From the human T2T-CHM13v2.0 reference genome, Homo sapiens, in the NCBI RefSeq assembly GCF_009914755.1, contig NC_060939.1: DNA of 64,000 nt, one strand, 5' to 3'. The translations under genes were made by a program, and so were the position numbers. This document shows, piece by piece, positions 28,050 through 43,641 of this stretch; the stretch's first letter is position 1; every line of letters begins with the position of its first letter. The notes under the pieces were generated by a model. The model had not been told where the DNA came from and did no database searches. It was given only the letters and a program-made list of their open reading frames with translations.

Positions 28050-29990
28050 GTCATATCCTCTTAAGTTCTATAAAATATGCATGATTATTGAAAGCAAAAT
28101 ATATATATGTATATATATATACATATATATATATAACATTGGGAGAATTTCAATATATGTAGATGAAATACACATGGCAAATATAACATAAATAGGGGAG
28201 AGTTGAAGGACCTTTATTTTGTGTTTGTTTGGTTTCAGATTTTTTTTGAAAATAGGCTTTATTTTTTACATCAGTTTTAGGTTCACGGAAAAACCGAAGG
28301 TACAGAAAATTCCCCTATATTCCTAGCCTGCACACATGCAGAGCTTTTCCCATTGTTGCTTTTAAAATTTCTACATTTTGTTTGAAATGGTAAATATTAA
28401 CTCAAAGTAGACTATGACAAATTAGGTTTGTATGTTTTAACACCTGGACAACAACTAAAAAATAGTTCAAAGAGATATGACCAACATGCAAATAGATAAA
28501 TTATACAGAATACTGAAAATTATGCAAGTACAAAAAAAGAAAGGAAAAAGAACAGAGGAATAAAAAAGGTGACAAAGAAGAGCAATAAAATAGAGCGAAA
28601 TCTAGTCATTACTCGTTGTAAATACAGATGGTCAGATTAGATTGAAAAAGAAAGACCCAGTGATATGCTGTCTATAAGAAATCCACTCTAAAGGTAATGA
28701 TATATATATAAATAGATTTAAAGGAAACACATTTTTAAAAAGATATTTCGGGGAAATACTAATCAAAAGCAGGAGTGGCTATATTAATATTACACAAAGT
28801 AGACTTCAAAACAAGGAAAAATTACCAAAAATGAAGAGGCAGATTACATGATAATAAAGGGGAAATTAACCAAGAAAACATAACAGCCATAAAGGTGTAT
28901 GCATCTAAACAGCAAAACTCTAAAACACATGAAGGAAAAACTGATAGCGTTGAAAGGAGACATAGACAGATCCCCAACAATGCTTGGACACTTTAGTCTT
29001 CTTCTTAAAATAATTGATAGAACAAGTAGAGAACTTGACCTAATTGACATTTATACAACACTCCAACCAACAGCAGCAGAACACATATTCTTTTCAAGTG
29101 TACATGGAACAGTCACTAAAATAAACTATATTCTGGGCCATAAAACAGACTTTAAAATTTTTAATATAGCTATAATATAAACATCGCTTTTCTCATCATA
29201 ATGGAATTTAACTGGAAATCAGTAACAGAAAGAGATCTAGAAATTTCCCAAATATTAAAAAATAACATAGGAATGAAACAACACACTTCTAAACAATCAC
29301 TGAATTAAAGTGGAATTCTCACATGAACTTAGAAAATATTTTCAGCTGAATGAAAGTGAAAGTACAACATGTCAAAATGTGTGGGATGCAGCTAAAGCAG
29401 TGCTTAGCAGAAATCTGTGGCATTAAATGCTTATCCTGGAAAAGAAGAAAGAGCTCAAATCAATAATGTGATGTTCAACCTTGAGAAACTAGGAAAAGAA
29501 GAGCAAGTTAATCCCAAATCATATTTCTTTGGATTTTGCTTTGCAGAAGGGAGAATTGCAGAAGGGAGGAAACAATAAAAACAAGAGCAGAAATCAGTGA
29601 AATTTAAGACAGAAAAACAATAGAGAAAATTAAGAAACAAAATACTTGTTCTTTGAAAATATCAATACAATTGATAAGCCTCTATTCACAGCCCTTTACC
29701 CTAGTACAACCCAACTATTCCTCAACTAAGGAATGAATGACCTAGGGTACATCGATGAAATGGAATACTACTCCAGCAATAAAAAGAATAAACCACTGAT
29801 ACACACAACATGGATTAATCTCAAATGCATTATGCTAAGTGGAGGAAGCCAGACTCAAAAGACTACATACCCTATGCTTCCATTTGTTATGACATTCTGG
29901 AAAAGGAAAACCCATAGGTGTGGAGAACAGAGCAGTGGTTACCAGGGACGAACGATTGGGGAAGGGGAATTTTTCAAGGAGGTGAAACTA
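28050..29990 (+). mobile_element. L1 remnant: ORF2 endonuclease region plus a separate 3' UTR fragment
   Basis: ORF 28899..29180 (LDLIDIYTTLQPTAAEHIFFSSVHGTVTKINYILGHK) is degenerate L1 ORF2 endonuclease; stops and frameshifts around it. Confidence 0.85.
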
Positions 29991-31086
29991 ATAAATTTTA
30001 AAACATCAAGTTTACATCTGTAAAAGTTGAATTAATTGTTGAATCAACATACTGCTATGATAATTGTTAATATTATGATCAATAACGAGGTAGCCCAGGC
30101 TCCTCAAGCCAAGGAAACCTGGGAAGTTTAGTTTAAAAGGCTTTTGGGTAATGGTAGAAAACAGTGACTGGAATCGTCTTAATCCAATATGCCATCATTG
30201 TAATCTTAGAACCCCATATGCTCTGGTCCCTCCCATTGGGCAGGACAGCTACCACAGTGTCCTTGCCAAGCATTAAATTCCCCCTGTTCCAGGGCTGTGT
30301 GGCTACCCTCTGGCCTTTGGGAACTGCCCTCAGGAACTGTCTTGGTCCTTCCTGCTGTTTTCCTAATGAGCTCCTAGTATCCTCTGCAGGGCCCCAGAGG
30401 CTGTTGTATGGAGTTCACTGTGCCCACATGGCCCTCCGCCCACACCTATGTTGCTGATTCTTTCAGCAGCTGTTGCCCCTTGGGGTTCTGAAAAAGAGAT
30501 ATAGTGGGGTTTACACAATCTTACAGCATCTTACGTTTTATTGATGTCATGCTCGAATGTCTTCCATCTAGCTTGAAAATAGATTTATATAAAGCTTCAT
30601 TGTGATATTTCACAATCCCCTCCCATCGCCATGACAACCAGGGTATCATTAGGGAGGAATCAGATGACTACTGTGAGCTTTGCCACCAAATCGGACATCA
30701 AAGTAGAATTTAGATATTAAGTCTCTCATCCTGCCTCTACCCCAGATAAATTCATTTCCAACTTCTACCAAGTTACAGGGGTCATTTGAGCCATCTTAAA
30801 TAATAGATTAGAAATGATTAAGATAGTACACTAAAGGGAAAGCATTGATGTTTTAACAGGCCTAACTAGTTAAAAGGATTTGTGGATGGATGTGAAACCT
30901 AAAAAAAATTGTACTGGACAATGTTTCAGAACCTGTGAGAAGCTGACTGTCCAGTTGCCCCCACACCTACTATCTTATTTCCTTGTTCCAATGTGGAGTA
31001 GAAGGTGAGCCATAGAACAAGACAAGCAGATATGGGGTCAAGTCATAGCTCCAATAGTTACTTACTGTGTGACTTTGGACAAAGTA

Positions 31087-31167
31087 TCAGGTTGGTGCAA
31101 TAGTTATTGTGGTTTTTGACATTATTTTTAATTGCAAAAACCGTGATTACTTTTGCACCAACCTTAA
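31087..31167. mobile_element. MADE1 (Hsmar1 mariner MITE) inserted into a MIR
   Basis: aggttggtgcaa...ttgcaccaacct TIRs, ~80 bp, TA on both flanks; MIR sequence continues either side. Confidence 0.88.
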
Positions 31168-31592
31168 TACTTAACCTTCCTGAACCTATTCTTCTCATCC
31201 ACAAAACCCTGTCCCAGAGGATTATGAGATGAAGATAGTTTATATAAGCACTGAAATGTAAGCTTTATGAGGGCAAAGATGTGCGGTGGGTGTTGTGTGT
31301 TGGGTGGGGAGGGGTTCTGTTTTGCTCACTGCTGCTATCCCCAGCACCTAAAACAGTGCCTGACACATAGTAGGTGCTAAACTACTCTTTGTTGAATGGC
31401 GGAAAATGCCTGGCAGGGTGGTGCAGGCATGGGGTGGACTTTTAGGATAGGTTAGGATAGGTTAATGGATAAGCTTTAGGAGTGTGTATTGTACATGACT
31501 TCTAAAATTTAAAAGCAGAATTAATAAAATTAAATATAGCTAAAAGGATGCTGAAGTTTTGCCTTGGCATTTTCTTTTCTTAAGATAATGCT

Positions 31593-31950
31593 GGCCAGGA
31601 GCAGTGGTTCACTCCTGTAATCCCAATACTTTGGGAGGCCGAGTGGGGGTGGATCACTTGAGATCAGGAGTTCGAGACCAGCCTGACCAACATGGTGAAA
31701 CCCTGTCTCTCCTAAAAATATAAAATTAGCCGAGCGTGGTGACGCATGCCTGTAATCCTAGCTACTTGGGAGGCTGAGGCAGGAGAATCGCTTGTGGAGG
31801 TTGCAGTGAGCCAAGATCATGCCATTGCACTCCAGCCTGGGCAACAAAACCGCTGCAACACGCAATTTACCCACATAACAATCCTGCACGTGTACCCCCA
31901 ATCCTAAAATAAATAGATGAAAACTAAATAAATACAAATAAAAATAATGT
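31593..31950 (+). mobile_element. AluS lacking its 3' end, fused to an L1 3'-terminal fragment
   Basis: Alu to cctgggcaaca (~31846), then cacgcaatttacccacataacaatcctgcacgtgtacccc (L1 3' end) and an A-rich tail. Confidence 0.8.
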
Positions 31951-32962
31951 CTTAAATTGTTACTGTGACAGAAATGTCTCCTACCTGTTCAACTAGTGAG
32001 TGGGTGGACAAGCTGCCATCATTAGATACATAACCCTTATAATTCCAGAGACATAAGTGGGTCAGTCTTGCAGGAGTATGGCATGCGAGAATCACAACTC
32101 GACACTCAAAATAATTAAACAGGAATTTGTTTATGTACATCTGTTCCCAAAGGACATTAAAATTGATATTCAGTTATCGCTTGGAGTTCTAATACTCAAA
32201 AACACCAAAGTTTGGGTTCATTTGTGTCTCTACAAAACCCTTGTATTAAATTAGCATCTATGTACATCCTGTGTTTTTTAGGTTAACTACTTCTGCCATT
32301 AGCAGTCCGTTTGGTAGTCAGGAATGAATTCCTGCCATCATCTTGGAACCCATGGCGACAGTGCCTTGTTGGTTACAACTCTGAATGGATCATTTGAAAT
32401 TCCCCTCACAATCTTGCATCTTTTCATTGGATTCAAGCTTATACTTCAAATTTCCTATGTTTAGTCCTAACTTTTGGAATTTTTGTTTAATTACCCGAAT
32501 TCCCAGCATTGAATGGGCTTTGGATTCTACAGTGCTTAGAACAGAAATGGAATTTAGTTGTGTGTTTATATTTTTTTTAATGAGACCAGGTAATTAGAAC
32601 AGAATGTGGAAGCCACTGTGTGTGTATGTGTTTGTGTGTGTGTTGTAAAATCAAAGAAAGAACTATCCTATGTTGGTTCATAGTATAATAAAATTTAAAA
32701 CATCAGCTGTCCATGACATTGAGAACAACCCTTCCACTTATTCCCCGACGTCATCGCAATTTAGTCGCAGATTTGGGGCTCAAAATTTGGAATTAGGCTC
32801 TGGGTTTTTTTTTTTCCTCTATTTAGGATAGGTCTATTTAACACTGGCTTCAAATATTGGTGTTTTAGTCTTTTGCAAGCCAACCAAAACACCCACCACT
32901 CCACAACCACCAAACATGCCAACCCTGAAGCAAGCACACACATGAATTAGATAATAGGGATG

Positions 32963-33418
32963 TGTATTAGTTACCTGTGGCTGCCATAACAAGATACCAC
33001 AAACTGGGTGGATTAAAACAACAGAAATTCATTCTCTCACAGTTCTGGAGACCAGAATTCTGAAATCAAGGTGTCAGCAGGATTGGTTCCTTCCTGAGGG
33101 CTTAGAGCAAGAATCTGTTCCGTGACCCTCTATCAGCTTCCAGTGCTTGCTGGCAATCCTTGGCCTTCCTTGGCTTGTGGCTTCCTAACTCCAGTTCCAG
33201 CCTTTGTTTTCACTTGGCATTCTCACTGTGTGTCTGTGTCTGCCTGTCCAAATTGCCTTCTTTTCTAAGGACGCCAGTCATACTGGATTTAGGGCCCACC
33301 CTAATGCAGCATGAGCTCATCTAAATAACATCTTCAAAGATCCTATTTCTAAATAAGGTAACATTCACAGGTTCCAGGTGGATATGAATTTTGGGAGGAC
33401 ACTATTCAACCCAGTATA
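32963..33418 (-). mobile_element. MLT1B/C-like MaLR LTR
   Basis: tgtattagtt..ggctgccataaca..ccacaaactgggtgg...ggacactattcaaccc. Confidence 0.85.
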
Positions 33419-34890
33419 GGATATGTTTGGCCATGCAATTACCACATAAATGAAAGAAGTAAATCCACACTACAGTGCAATCGTGCTGTAGGATTGCACT
33501 GTAGTACTATGCTAGAATCGCACTGGAGTATTGATTTAATTCTTTTTGTTCATAGAGCACTTTCCTGTTTTATAGAGTGTGGGGTGTGTGTGTGTGTGTG
33601 TGTTGGTTTTTGTTTTTTTTTTTTGTAGTCTAATGACCAGTGCTTTAGATCATAGCTGACTGTACTTGTGGGGTGATGCCAGGCCAGCGAGTGGGCTGTT
33701 ATCCTGCCCAGCCACGGTGCACACCTGACCGCACACTATCATCCTCCTACCCGACTTCCAGGGCCTTTTTCCCTCAAACCAAGCAGGTCTCACTTCTTGG
33801 GGCATCCCCCCTTGCAGTATATACAGGATGCTTCTTTCCTCATGTGTTCTGGTCACTCACATAGAATCCTGGACTTCCCTCATGTAGAATCCTAATATTT
33901 AACTCCATGAGGTCACCAAAGATGTTTCTCCATGGGAACTTCTGGGTCAGACCTGACCAGATGACCAAGAGCCATAAAAGCTGAATTCTGACCCCACCTC
34001 GGATATCTTATTTTTTAGACAACTCCAGTTTTCCCTCTCTGTGCCAGGAGGAAGATGCATTCTGGGGCACATGTTGCTGCCTTTTGCATACATATGTGAG
34101 CCCTGATAAGATACTTTTCCTCTTCCTAGTGATGGGTTTCTGTTTTTGAAAATGGGCCTTCTTGGCTTCTGGTGTTTTGTAACAAATACCTAATGAGTCA
34201 TCACTAAACACTAGCTCTTTACTGACACTGTGGACTATAACAAAGAAATTTAAAACCAGGCTCCAGAGGCCTAGGGGATTGGCTAAGTAAACTGAGGTAG
34301 GTGAATGCCATGGAATTCTATATGGCAGTTAGAAAGCAGTTATCTAGATGGACATTTCAGCAACAAAGACAGTGTAAAAAGCAAAGGGAAAACCCAGTAA
34401 CATTTATGTAAATTACATGTCTGTATCACATTAGTGTAGGTGCTTGTTGGGATAGCCAGGGACTGATGGTGGTGGAATCTGGCATAAAGGGAAAAATAAG
34501 ACAAGACAGGTGGACCTTATACAACAAAATTGCCACAGGCTAAAGAGTCTGATTAATTCACCTTTCTGCTCCTGAGGTTAAAAAAAAATCTTGAGAAACT
34601 TAAATATGGCATTTAGCATAGCAAAAAAAAAAAAAAAATCACAAAAGCAATTGATTAAACATCAAAGAACAGGGCATAGACACTAAGATTAGGGATGAGA
34701 GTTAGAAGCAGGAGCTAGCAGCACGGGAGACAGAGGAGCGGTAATGGGGCCATTAAGTGACTGGCCCTTGAACAAGACCCCCCACCACCATGAGAGGGGG
34801 CTGCCAGCATTACTTGGCAATATCTATTGAGTGTCTGTTGGTCAGGTACTAAATGAGACAGGGCTCCTGCCCTGTGAAAAACTTACAGCA

Positions 34891-35188
34891 GGCTGGGCGC
34901 AGTGGCTTATGCCTGTAATCCCAGCATTTTGAGAGGCCAAGGTGGGAGGATCACTTGAGCCCAGGAGTTTGAGACCAGCCTGGGTAACAAAGCAAGTCCC
35001 TTTCTCTACAAAAAAATTAAAAATTAACTGGGCATGGTGGTGCACACCTGTAGTCTCAGCTACTCGGGAGGCTAAGGTAGGAGAATTGCTTGAGCCTGGG
35101 AAGTTGAGGCTACAGTGAGCCATGATCATGCCATTGCATGCCAGCCTGGGCAACAGAGCGAGACCCTGTCTCAAAAAAAAAAAAAAAA
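34891..35188 (+). mobile_element. Alu (J-like)
   Basis: Full dimer, ttgagcccaggag, A tail. Confidence 0.93.
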
Positions 35189-36647
35189 GATTGCAAAAAC
35201 TGGAATCTGAGTAATGGGAGAACAATTTCTTTTTTTAGAGGAGGGAATTAGGAAGCAACTACTTTGGGATGAGAAAGATATCAGGTTTCTCTTCTAGATA
35301 AATTGGGCTACAATGAGACCCATTGACAAAATTAGCCTCCTGGAATTCCTTCTGAAGGGCAGACATAGTCCTTCCCTGCTCGTAGCAAGTGGACAGCTCA
35401 GCCTGAAGAGGGGAGCGTGGCCTGAGATGGCCACAGTTGCAGGGCTGGTTCTGTCCATGGGCTGGGAGAGGCATGGTAGGTACGTGAGAACTGTTCGTGT
35501 CATGAATGAACTTTGGGTATCACATGCTACCCATCTTCCTATTTAGCTGCCAGCGTAGGCTCCTAAAACCAGATTTCAGTTGTTGTATCCTGATCAAAAA
35601 TCTTTTAGGCATCCCAGTGCCCACAATCAGCCATCACAGTCTGCCTGATGTCTTCCATCCAAACTCATCTCCAGGGGCTCCCATCTATGCACGCTCCCAG
35701 CGCCCCACAACTTCCCTTCTCCATCCTTCTAAGGTCGTGCCCCCTCCTGCCTCTGTCTTTGTCCATGCCATTCTTCAAGACCCCCAATGCCCTTCCTTCA
35801 TCCTCTGTCCGGTGACCCACTCCTCCCTGCAAATCTCTGCTCAAATGCCACCCGCTCTCTGAGAGCCTCTGCATCTCGTGGAAATTTTACCAGCCTCTCT
35901 GGTCACGTTGTATTGGCATGTGTCTGACTGCTCCATGGACTCAGCTCCCAAAGTCATGAGCTGTACCTTTACAACCCCCAATACTTTTTTGACCAGTTTA
36001 TTTTCTTATTATACCATAGGTGGGATCAATTTCATACAACATTATTTGAGGCTTAAACATACATAAACTTTCTTTAAAGTTAAACCACACAAACTTTCTT
36101 TAAAGTTAGTATTCAAAGGAAATTTGGAGTCAGAATAAATCAAACCTTCTAACATTTAAAGAATGAGAATTAGACATACTTTGCTATAATTTAGCAATGA
36201 AATAAGAACAAAGCCTTGGCACTTCCCTTCGTTCAAACCCCTTACAACCTGTGATTAGAGTGCCAAAGAGAAAGCCAGCCTTCTGATTTTCAGTCCAAAT
36301 GTGTTACATCATGTTTTAGAAACTCACACAGGTTTGAGTCCATCCAAACTCAAAATGCCAAAGTGAATCTGACTGAAAAAAAATTACTGTGTGATATCTG
36401 CGTATATTTGTTTAACAGAAACCATAATTTGGACATTACATCAAACTAGACTTGGTCTACCTAAGGAGAAATGTTTGCTTTTCTTTTAACAGAATTTTAA
36501 TGCATTACCGCATGTGTTTGCCATTTTGGTCAGAAGGAAAGAAGGACATTTTGGAGATTAGAATTCTTAAACAGGAATATCCAGATGGAAGCAGAACTCC
36601 TAGGCAGTCTATGGGTACCTTCTCAGAACAGTGTTTTAAACTCATAA

Positions 36648-37374
<727 letters not shown>

Positions 37375-38107
37375 ATATGCTTCTTTAACATTAAAATAGG
37401 AGAACTCCTAGAAGATCTAATAATTATCATAATTTCAAAATAGTTATGAGTTCTTAAATAATATTTCAAAATATCAGTAACTTCTGTAAAGTCCCATGAA
37501 TATCTATATGATTTCCGTCGGTGATAGAGTCACAGTCCTGCATACTATTATGGGTGTTACCACATTCATAATAAAACGAAATGCTAAATTTCAGTTGGAG
37601 GTTAGTGAAAAGAAGGATGGAATTCACAGAACCCACCAAGGCAGTACAGGAAGAGTTATATTTCATTTTCAGGGTATCCACATTAGCTAACACATTCTGA
37701 GACCCATTTGGGTTCATGCCCATGTGTGGGATTCCATGGAAGCTCATATTTTAGACCAGAAATGGCAAAGAAGCCAGGCTTCTGACCTCCAGCTGGCATT
37801 GTACTGGTGGCCAATGATGTCTGACACTTCAGTATTCGGTTTGTTCGGCTACTTACCGTAGCTTCCAAGAACTGCTGAAGCATTGCAAAGCTTGCGATTT
37901 GTTGCTAGGAGAAACTTTTTTTTCTTTTTAAGCTAACCTATCTCCCAGCCAGAAACTAGGAAGAACTTCACCTTCATTTCTCAAAGAAGGAAACAAACAT
38001 TTAGATCATAGTCATGTGTCTCCTGTAAGGAAACCAGCTTCTTTATTTTGGTTGTAGGAACAAGTGGTTGGGTCATCATCACAATGGGCATTAAGATTAT
38101 GGGATTA

Positions 38108-38700
<593 letters not shown>

Positions 38701-38851
38701 ACCTAAATAAATAAAAGATTATGGGATTAAAGTATATGATAATCAGGGCTTGCATATATAAGCTCTTGTTATATGAATCTTGGAGAATGGCATTGTTGGT
38801 ACCCACAGTTTAGGCCAAAAATATTTGCCCAGCACCAAGACTGGAATAAGG

Positions 38852-39014
38852 GGCCAGGCATGATGGCTCACACCTGTAATCCCAGCACTTGGGGAGGCCA
38901 AGGAAGGAGGATTCCTTGAGCCCAGGAGTTCGAGGTTACAGTGAGCTATAATGGTGCCACTGCACTCCAGCCTGGGTGACAGAGTGAGTCCCTGTCTCAA
39001 AAAAAAAAAAAAAA
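38852..39014 (+). mobile_element. Alu monomer (FRAM/FAM-like)
   Basis: Single ~150-bp arm with A tail. Confidence 0.8.
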
Positions 39015-39689
39015 GGAATAAAACCCAAATGTCAAATGAGAGTGAAGGTATCTTTATATTGACATAGCCATGAGGTTGCCCTTCAAACAGGCTTTGTTAA
39101 AGCTTGACCTTCAGTGAACACAGCGTCTAGCAAAAGCCAGGAGCCACCTGCACCTTTTTGTGAGGTAGTTCTGGATGCCATTCCTAGCCCTGGAACTGCT
39201 TGCAGGCATATAAATTGTAGCCGCAGCTGTTTTTGATATGCAAGGCCAGATGGGGGCTAGTTTTTGAGCTGTTTCAGAAGCCAATTCATGGACCTATGGA
39301 ATCAGGACCACATTTGCTAATAATCTGTTGTGGCATTTTAAAAATTATTTGCTATTGTATGATTCAAGATTAACCCAAACCTTTAGAGAGAATGAGTGAG
39401 TAATAGTAATAGATGGTAAAAAGATTCAAGGTACCAATTTTTAATCTCATAGGGAGGTCCTTGCAGATTCCTCCTGTGCTGTCTTTCAAATGGTTCTTTA
39501 ATGGACTTTTTAGTTACCAGATGATAACCTCTTCTACGATATTCCCATTAAAAGCAATAAAATCGTGGCCAGAACCTACCTCAATTCTGCATTTTTGATG
39601 TGTGAATGGGATCGTAAGAAGAAGTTATAAAAAAGAGAAAATATCTTTCACAAGTATTTCTGCTTGTACCATGTCCGTTACATTGATTC

Positions 39690-40520
39690 AAAACGTTTAA
39701 ACTTTAAAGAAGGTAATACATGCATATGGTGAAACAAATTGTAAAGGGCAGTAAAGAGATATCAAATGAGAAATAAATGTCTCCCTTCTTATCTCCCATC
39801 CCAACATAAACCCCAGTTCCTGTCCCAAATGTTAATAGTTTTGTGACTATCCTTCTCTAAACATTTTATGTATATATTTTCTGTCTATGCTTTTATTTAA
39901 AAGTATGCACAAACGGGATTATACCAAACACACTGTTCTGAATTTTTCTTTCATTCACAAATGTATAATGGAATTCTTTCCATACCCACACACACCGACC
40001 TAGCTCATTCTTTTTCGAGTCACTTGGTATTCCATTGTGTGGATGGCCAGTGTTAGAACCATCTTAAGCAACGTTCTATGGATGGACATTTAGGCTAGTT
40101 TTTTTTTTTTCTCTATTTAAAAAAAAATCGGCAGATAATATCCTTGTTAGAAACATTTTTGTATACTCATAGAAGTATATCTCTCAAGTAGTTTCCTAGA
40201 AGTAGAGTTTTTGGGTCAGGGTGTATGGGCATTTCAAGTTTTAGCCATGTAATCAAATTGCCCTCCAATATGGCTGAGTCTGTTTACATTCCTACCAGCA
40301 ATGCCATCAATACTTCCTTGCTTACCCACCTGGCAATACTTGCAATATTAAATTTTTTAAAATGTTTGCTAATTTGGATGGTCAGGATGATCCCATTGTG
40401 GCTTTGATTTTCATTTCTTGAATTATAAGTAAGGCAGAGCCTCTTTTCATTTGCTTATGGAGTACTTGTACTTGGTTTTCTGTGAATTGCCTATTTATTA
40501 TTCTTTGCTTTTCTTTTGAG
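39690..40520 (-). mobile_element. L1ME-type 3' fragment
   Basis: tattccattgtgtggatg, gatggacatttagg, acattcctaccagcaatg antisense L1 motifs. Confidence 0.75.
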
Positions 40521-40813
40521 CTCTTTGCCCTTGTCTACTGTGTAAACATTCAATTCTTACTATGTGGTGAGCACTATGCTAGACTCTCAAACTGTAATGG
40601 AGATGAAATCTTTTGGAGCTGGCAGTGTACTAGGAGACAAACATTGATCAAATAATTCTCTCAGTAAGTGTATGGACAAACTGAATTAAACTGAATTAAA
40701 TGCCTTGAAGGAAAGTTTCTTGCATCCCTTAGAGCATGGCAGGGAAGAGAGGGGGCTGGACTAGGGGTGGGAGAAGACTGCCCTGGAGAAATTGACATCT
40801 GAAGAATGAATAG

Positions 40814-41113
40814 GGCCAGGCACAGTGGCTCACACCTGTAATCCCAGCACTTTGGGAGACCAAGGCAGGAGGATCGCTTGAGCTTAAGAATTCAAGACCC
40901 AGCCTGGGCAACATGGTGAAACCCCCATCTCTACAAAACATACAAAAATTAACCGATTGTGGTGGTGCGCACCTGTGGGAAGCTGAGGTGGGAACATTGC
41001 TTGAGCCTGGGAGGAGGAGGTTGCAGTGAGCAGTAAGCCATGATTGTGCCACTGCACTGCAGCCTGGGAAACAGGAGTAAAACCTTGTCTTTATTTAAAA
41101 AAAAAAAAAAAAA
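40814..41113 (+). mobile_element. Alu (J-like)
   Basis: Dimer with small internal deletion; TSD aatgaatag. Confidence 0.9.
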
Positions 41114-41198
41114 TGAATAGAACTTGGAGTTGAGGGAGGAGCATTTCTGGAAGAAGGGACAGCACCGTGGAGGGAAGATGATGTTGTAGATGGGCTAA

Positions 41199-41635
<437 letters not shown>

Positions 41636-42493
41636 TTTTTGCCTAGAGCAATAGAAAGCCATTGAAGAATTTTGAGCCATCGTTGGTAATCTAATCTACA
41701 TTCTGAAAATACTGTTCTAGCTGAACAGAAGAGAAACAGGAAGATCAATTAGAAGATATTTTATTAGTCCAGATGAGATCTCATGGTAGCCTGGCCCTGG
41801 ATTATGACAGTGGACATGAAGAGAGGCGGAGGAGGTTAAATAAGATTTGATGACGGGTTAGATTTGGGGGGATAGGAAGAGAGGAGGTATCCAGGATGAT
41901 TCCTGGGTTTCTGATTACATGGATGGTGGTACCATTTACTGAGATAAGAAACACTGAGGCCGGGGTTGGGTTCAGCCTTAGACAAGACATCTGACTAAAG
42001 CTGGCAAGGAGGTAATTACATATGAAATTCTAAGGCCAGAGGCAAAGTTTGGCCTGTCAACATAAATTTGTGAGTCATTCACATATGGTAGTTGAAATCA
42101 TGGTCCTAGGAAATTGCTCATGAAAGGAATATAGTGCCCAAAGCAGGTCTACTCTTATTCCTTAAGAAATTCTGATATTTAATAGCCAGGTAGAGAAAGA
42201 TGAGACAGAAAAGAAAACAGAAATGAGCAGCCTGAGAGCAGGAGGAAAGCAAGGGGAGTGTGGTTCCCAGAAGCTGGGGTGAGAGTGTTTCAAATAGGAT
42301 GGAATAGTGCCAAGTGCTGCCGAGACATCTGAAAAGAGGAGGCCTGGGAAACACCCATTGGATTTAGCAACATGGGGGTCTTGGTGAGCTAATTTTAAAT
42401 TTCCTCAACGGAATGATGGGGGCAGAAGCCAGATTGGAGATGGTTGAGGAATTAGTGGGAAGTGAGAAAATGATAGACATTATATGGACCACT

Positions 42494-42769
42494 TTTTTTC
42501 CTTTTTTTTTTCTGAGACTGGAGTGCAATGGTGCGATCTTGGCTCACCACAACCTCCATCTCCCAGGTTCAAGCAATTCTCCTGCCTCAGCCTCGTGAGC
42601 AGCTGGGATTACAGGCATGCGCCACCATGCCTGGCTAATTTTGTACTTTTAGCAGAGACGGGGTTTCTCCATTTGTTCAGGCTGGTCTGAAACCCCCGAC
42701 CTCAGGTGATCTGCCCGCCTCAGCCTCCCAAAGTGCTGGGACTGCAAGCATGAGCCACCGTGCCCAGCC
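42494..42769 (-). mobile_element. Alu (Sp/Sq-like)
   Basis: Reverse dimer; flanks share accactttt. Confidence 0.9.
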
Positions 42770-43332
42770 ACACCACTTTTGAAGAAGTGTGATTCTTCAT
42801 AAAGAATAGCCCCAAATCTATTCTTCCTCAGTTTCCACCCTTGACCCTTTTTTGCTACTCAGTAAGCTGAATTGATCTTGTAACTCAGTAGTGAAAGGTC
42901 TGCAGCTTTGCCCTCCCTGCAGCCATGGCACCAGCCAGCCCAGTGTGGAGTCTGCAGGGGGAGCCCAGCTGGAGTTTGGGCCACTCCAGCCCCTCTGTGC
43001 AGTTTCTGATTCTACAGGCCAGAGCTCTGGGAAGGCCCATTGTAGGAACGCGGCTGAAAAAATGAGTTTAAGAAAAAGTTCTTATATTTTAGTGGTACCT
43101 ACTGAAAAGTTGAAGGATACATATTTGCAATGTGACACAAGAGAAGCCATGAGCTGATCCTTGTTGAAGCTGAGCAATGGGTACATGGGGGTTTATTATA
43201 TTGTTCACACCACTTTTGCATATGTATACATTTTTCCATAACAAATTATAAAAAGTTAAATTTAGGAATTCTATAAACCGAAGATGCAAAGAGCCAGTGG
43301 CCATCACAGGTCCACTATGTACATAGCACTTA

Positions 43333-43641
<309 letters not shown>

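Noticed and set aside
28899-29180. ORF resembling an endonuclease domain
   Set aside because: Decayed L1 ORF2 fragment surrounded by stops and frameshifts
34194-34202. AP-1 motif ATGAGTCAT (others near 8094, 27135, 46770, 63933)
   Set aside because: Several 7-mers are expected by chance in 64 kb; no clustering
36065-36108. Short direct duplications (also near 31442, 40678, 60908)
   Set aside because: Ordinary slippage duplications with no functional motif
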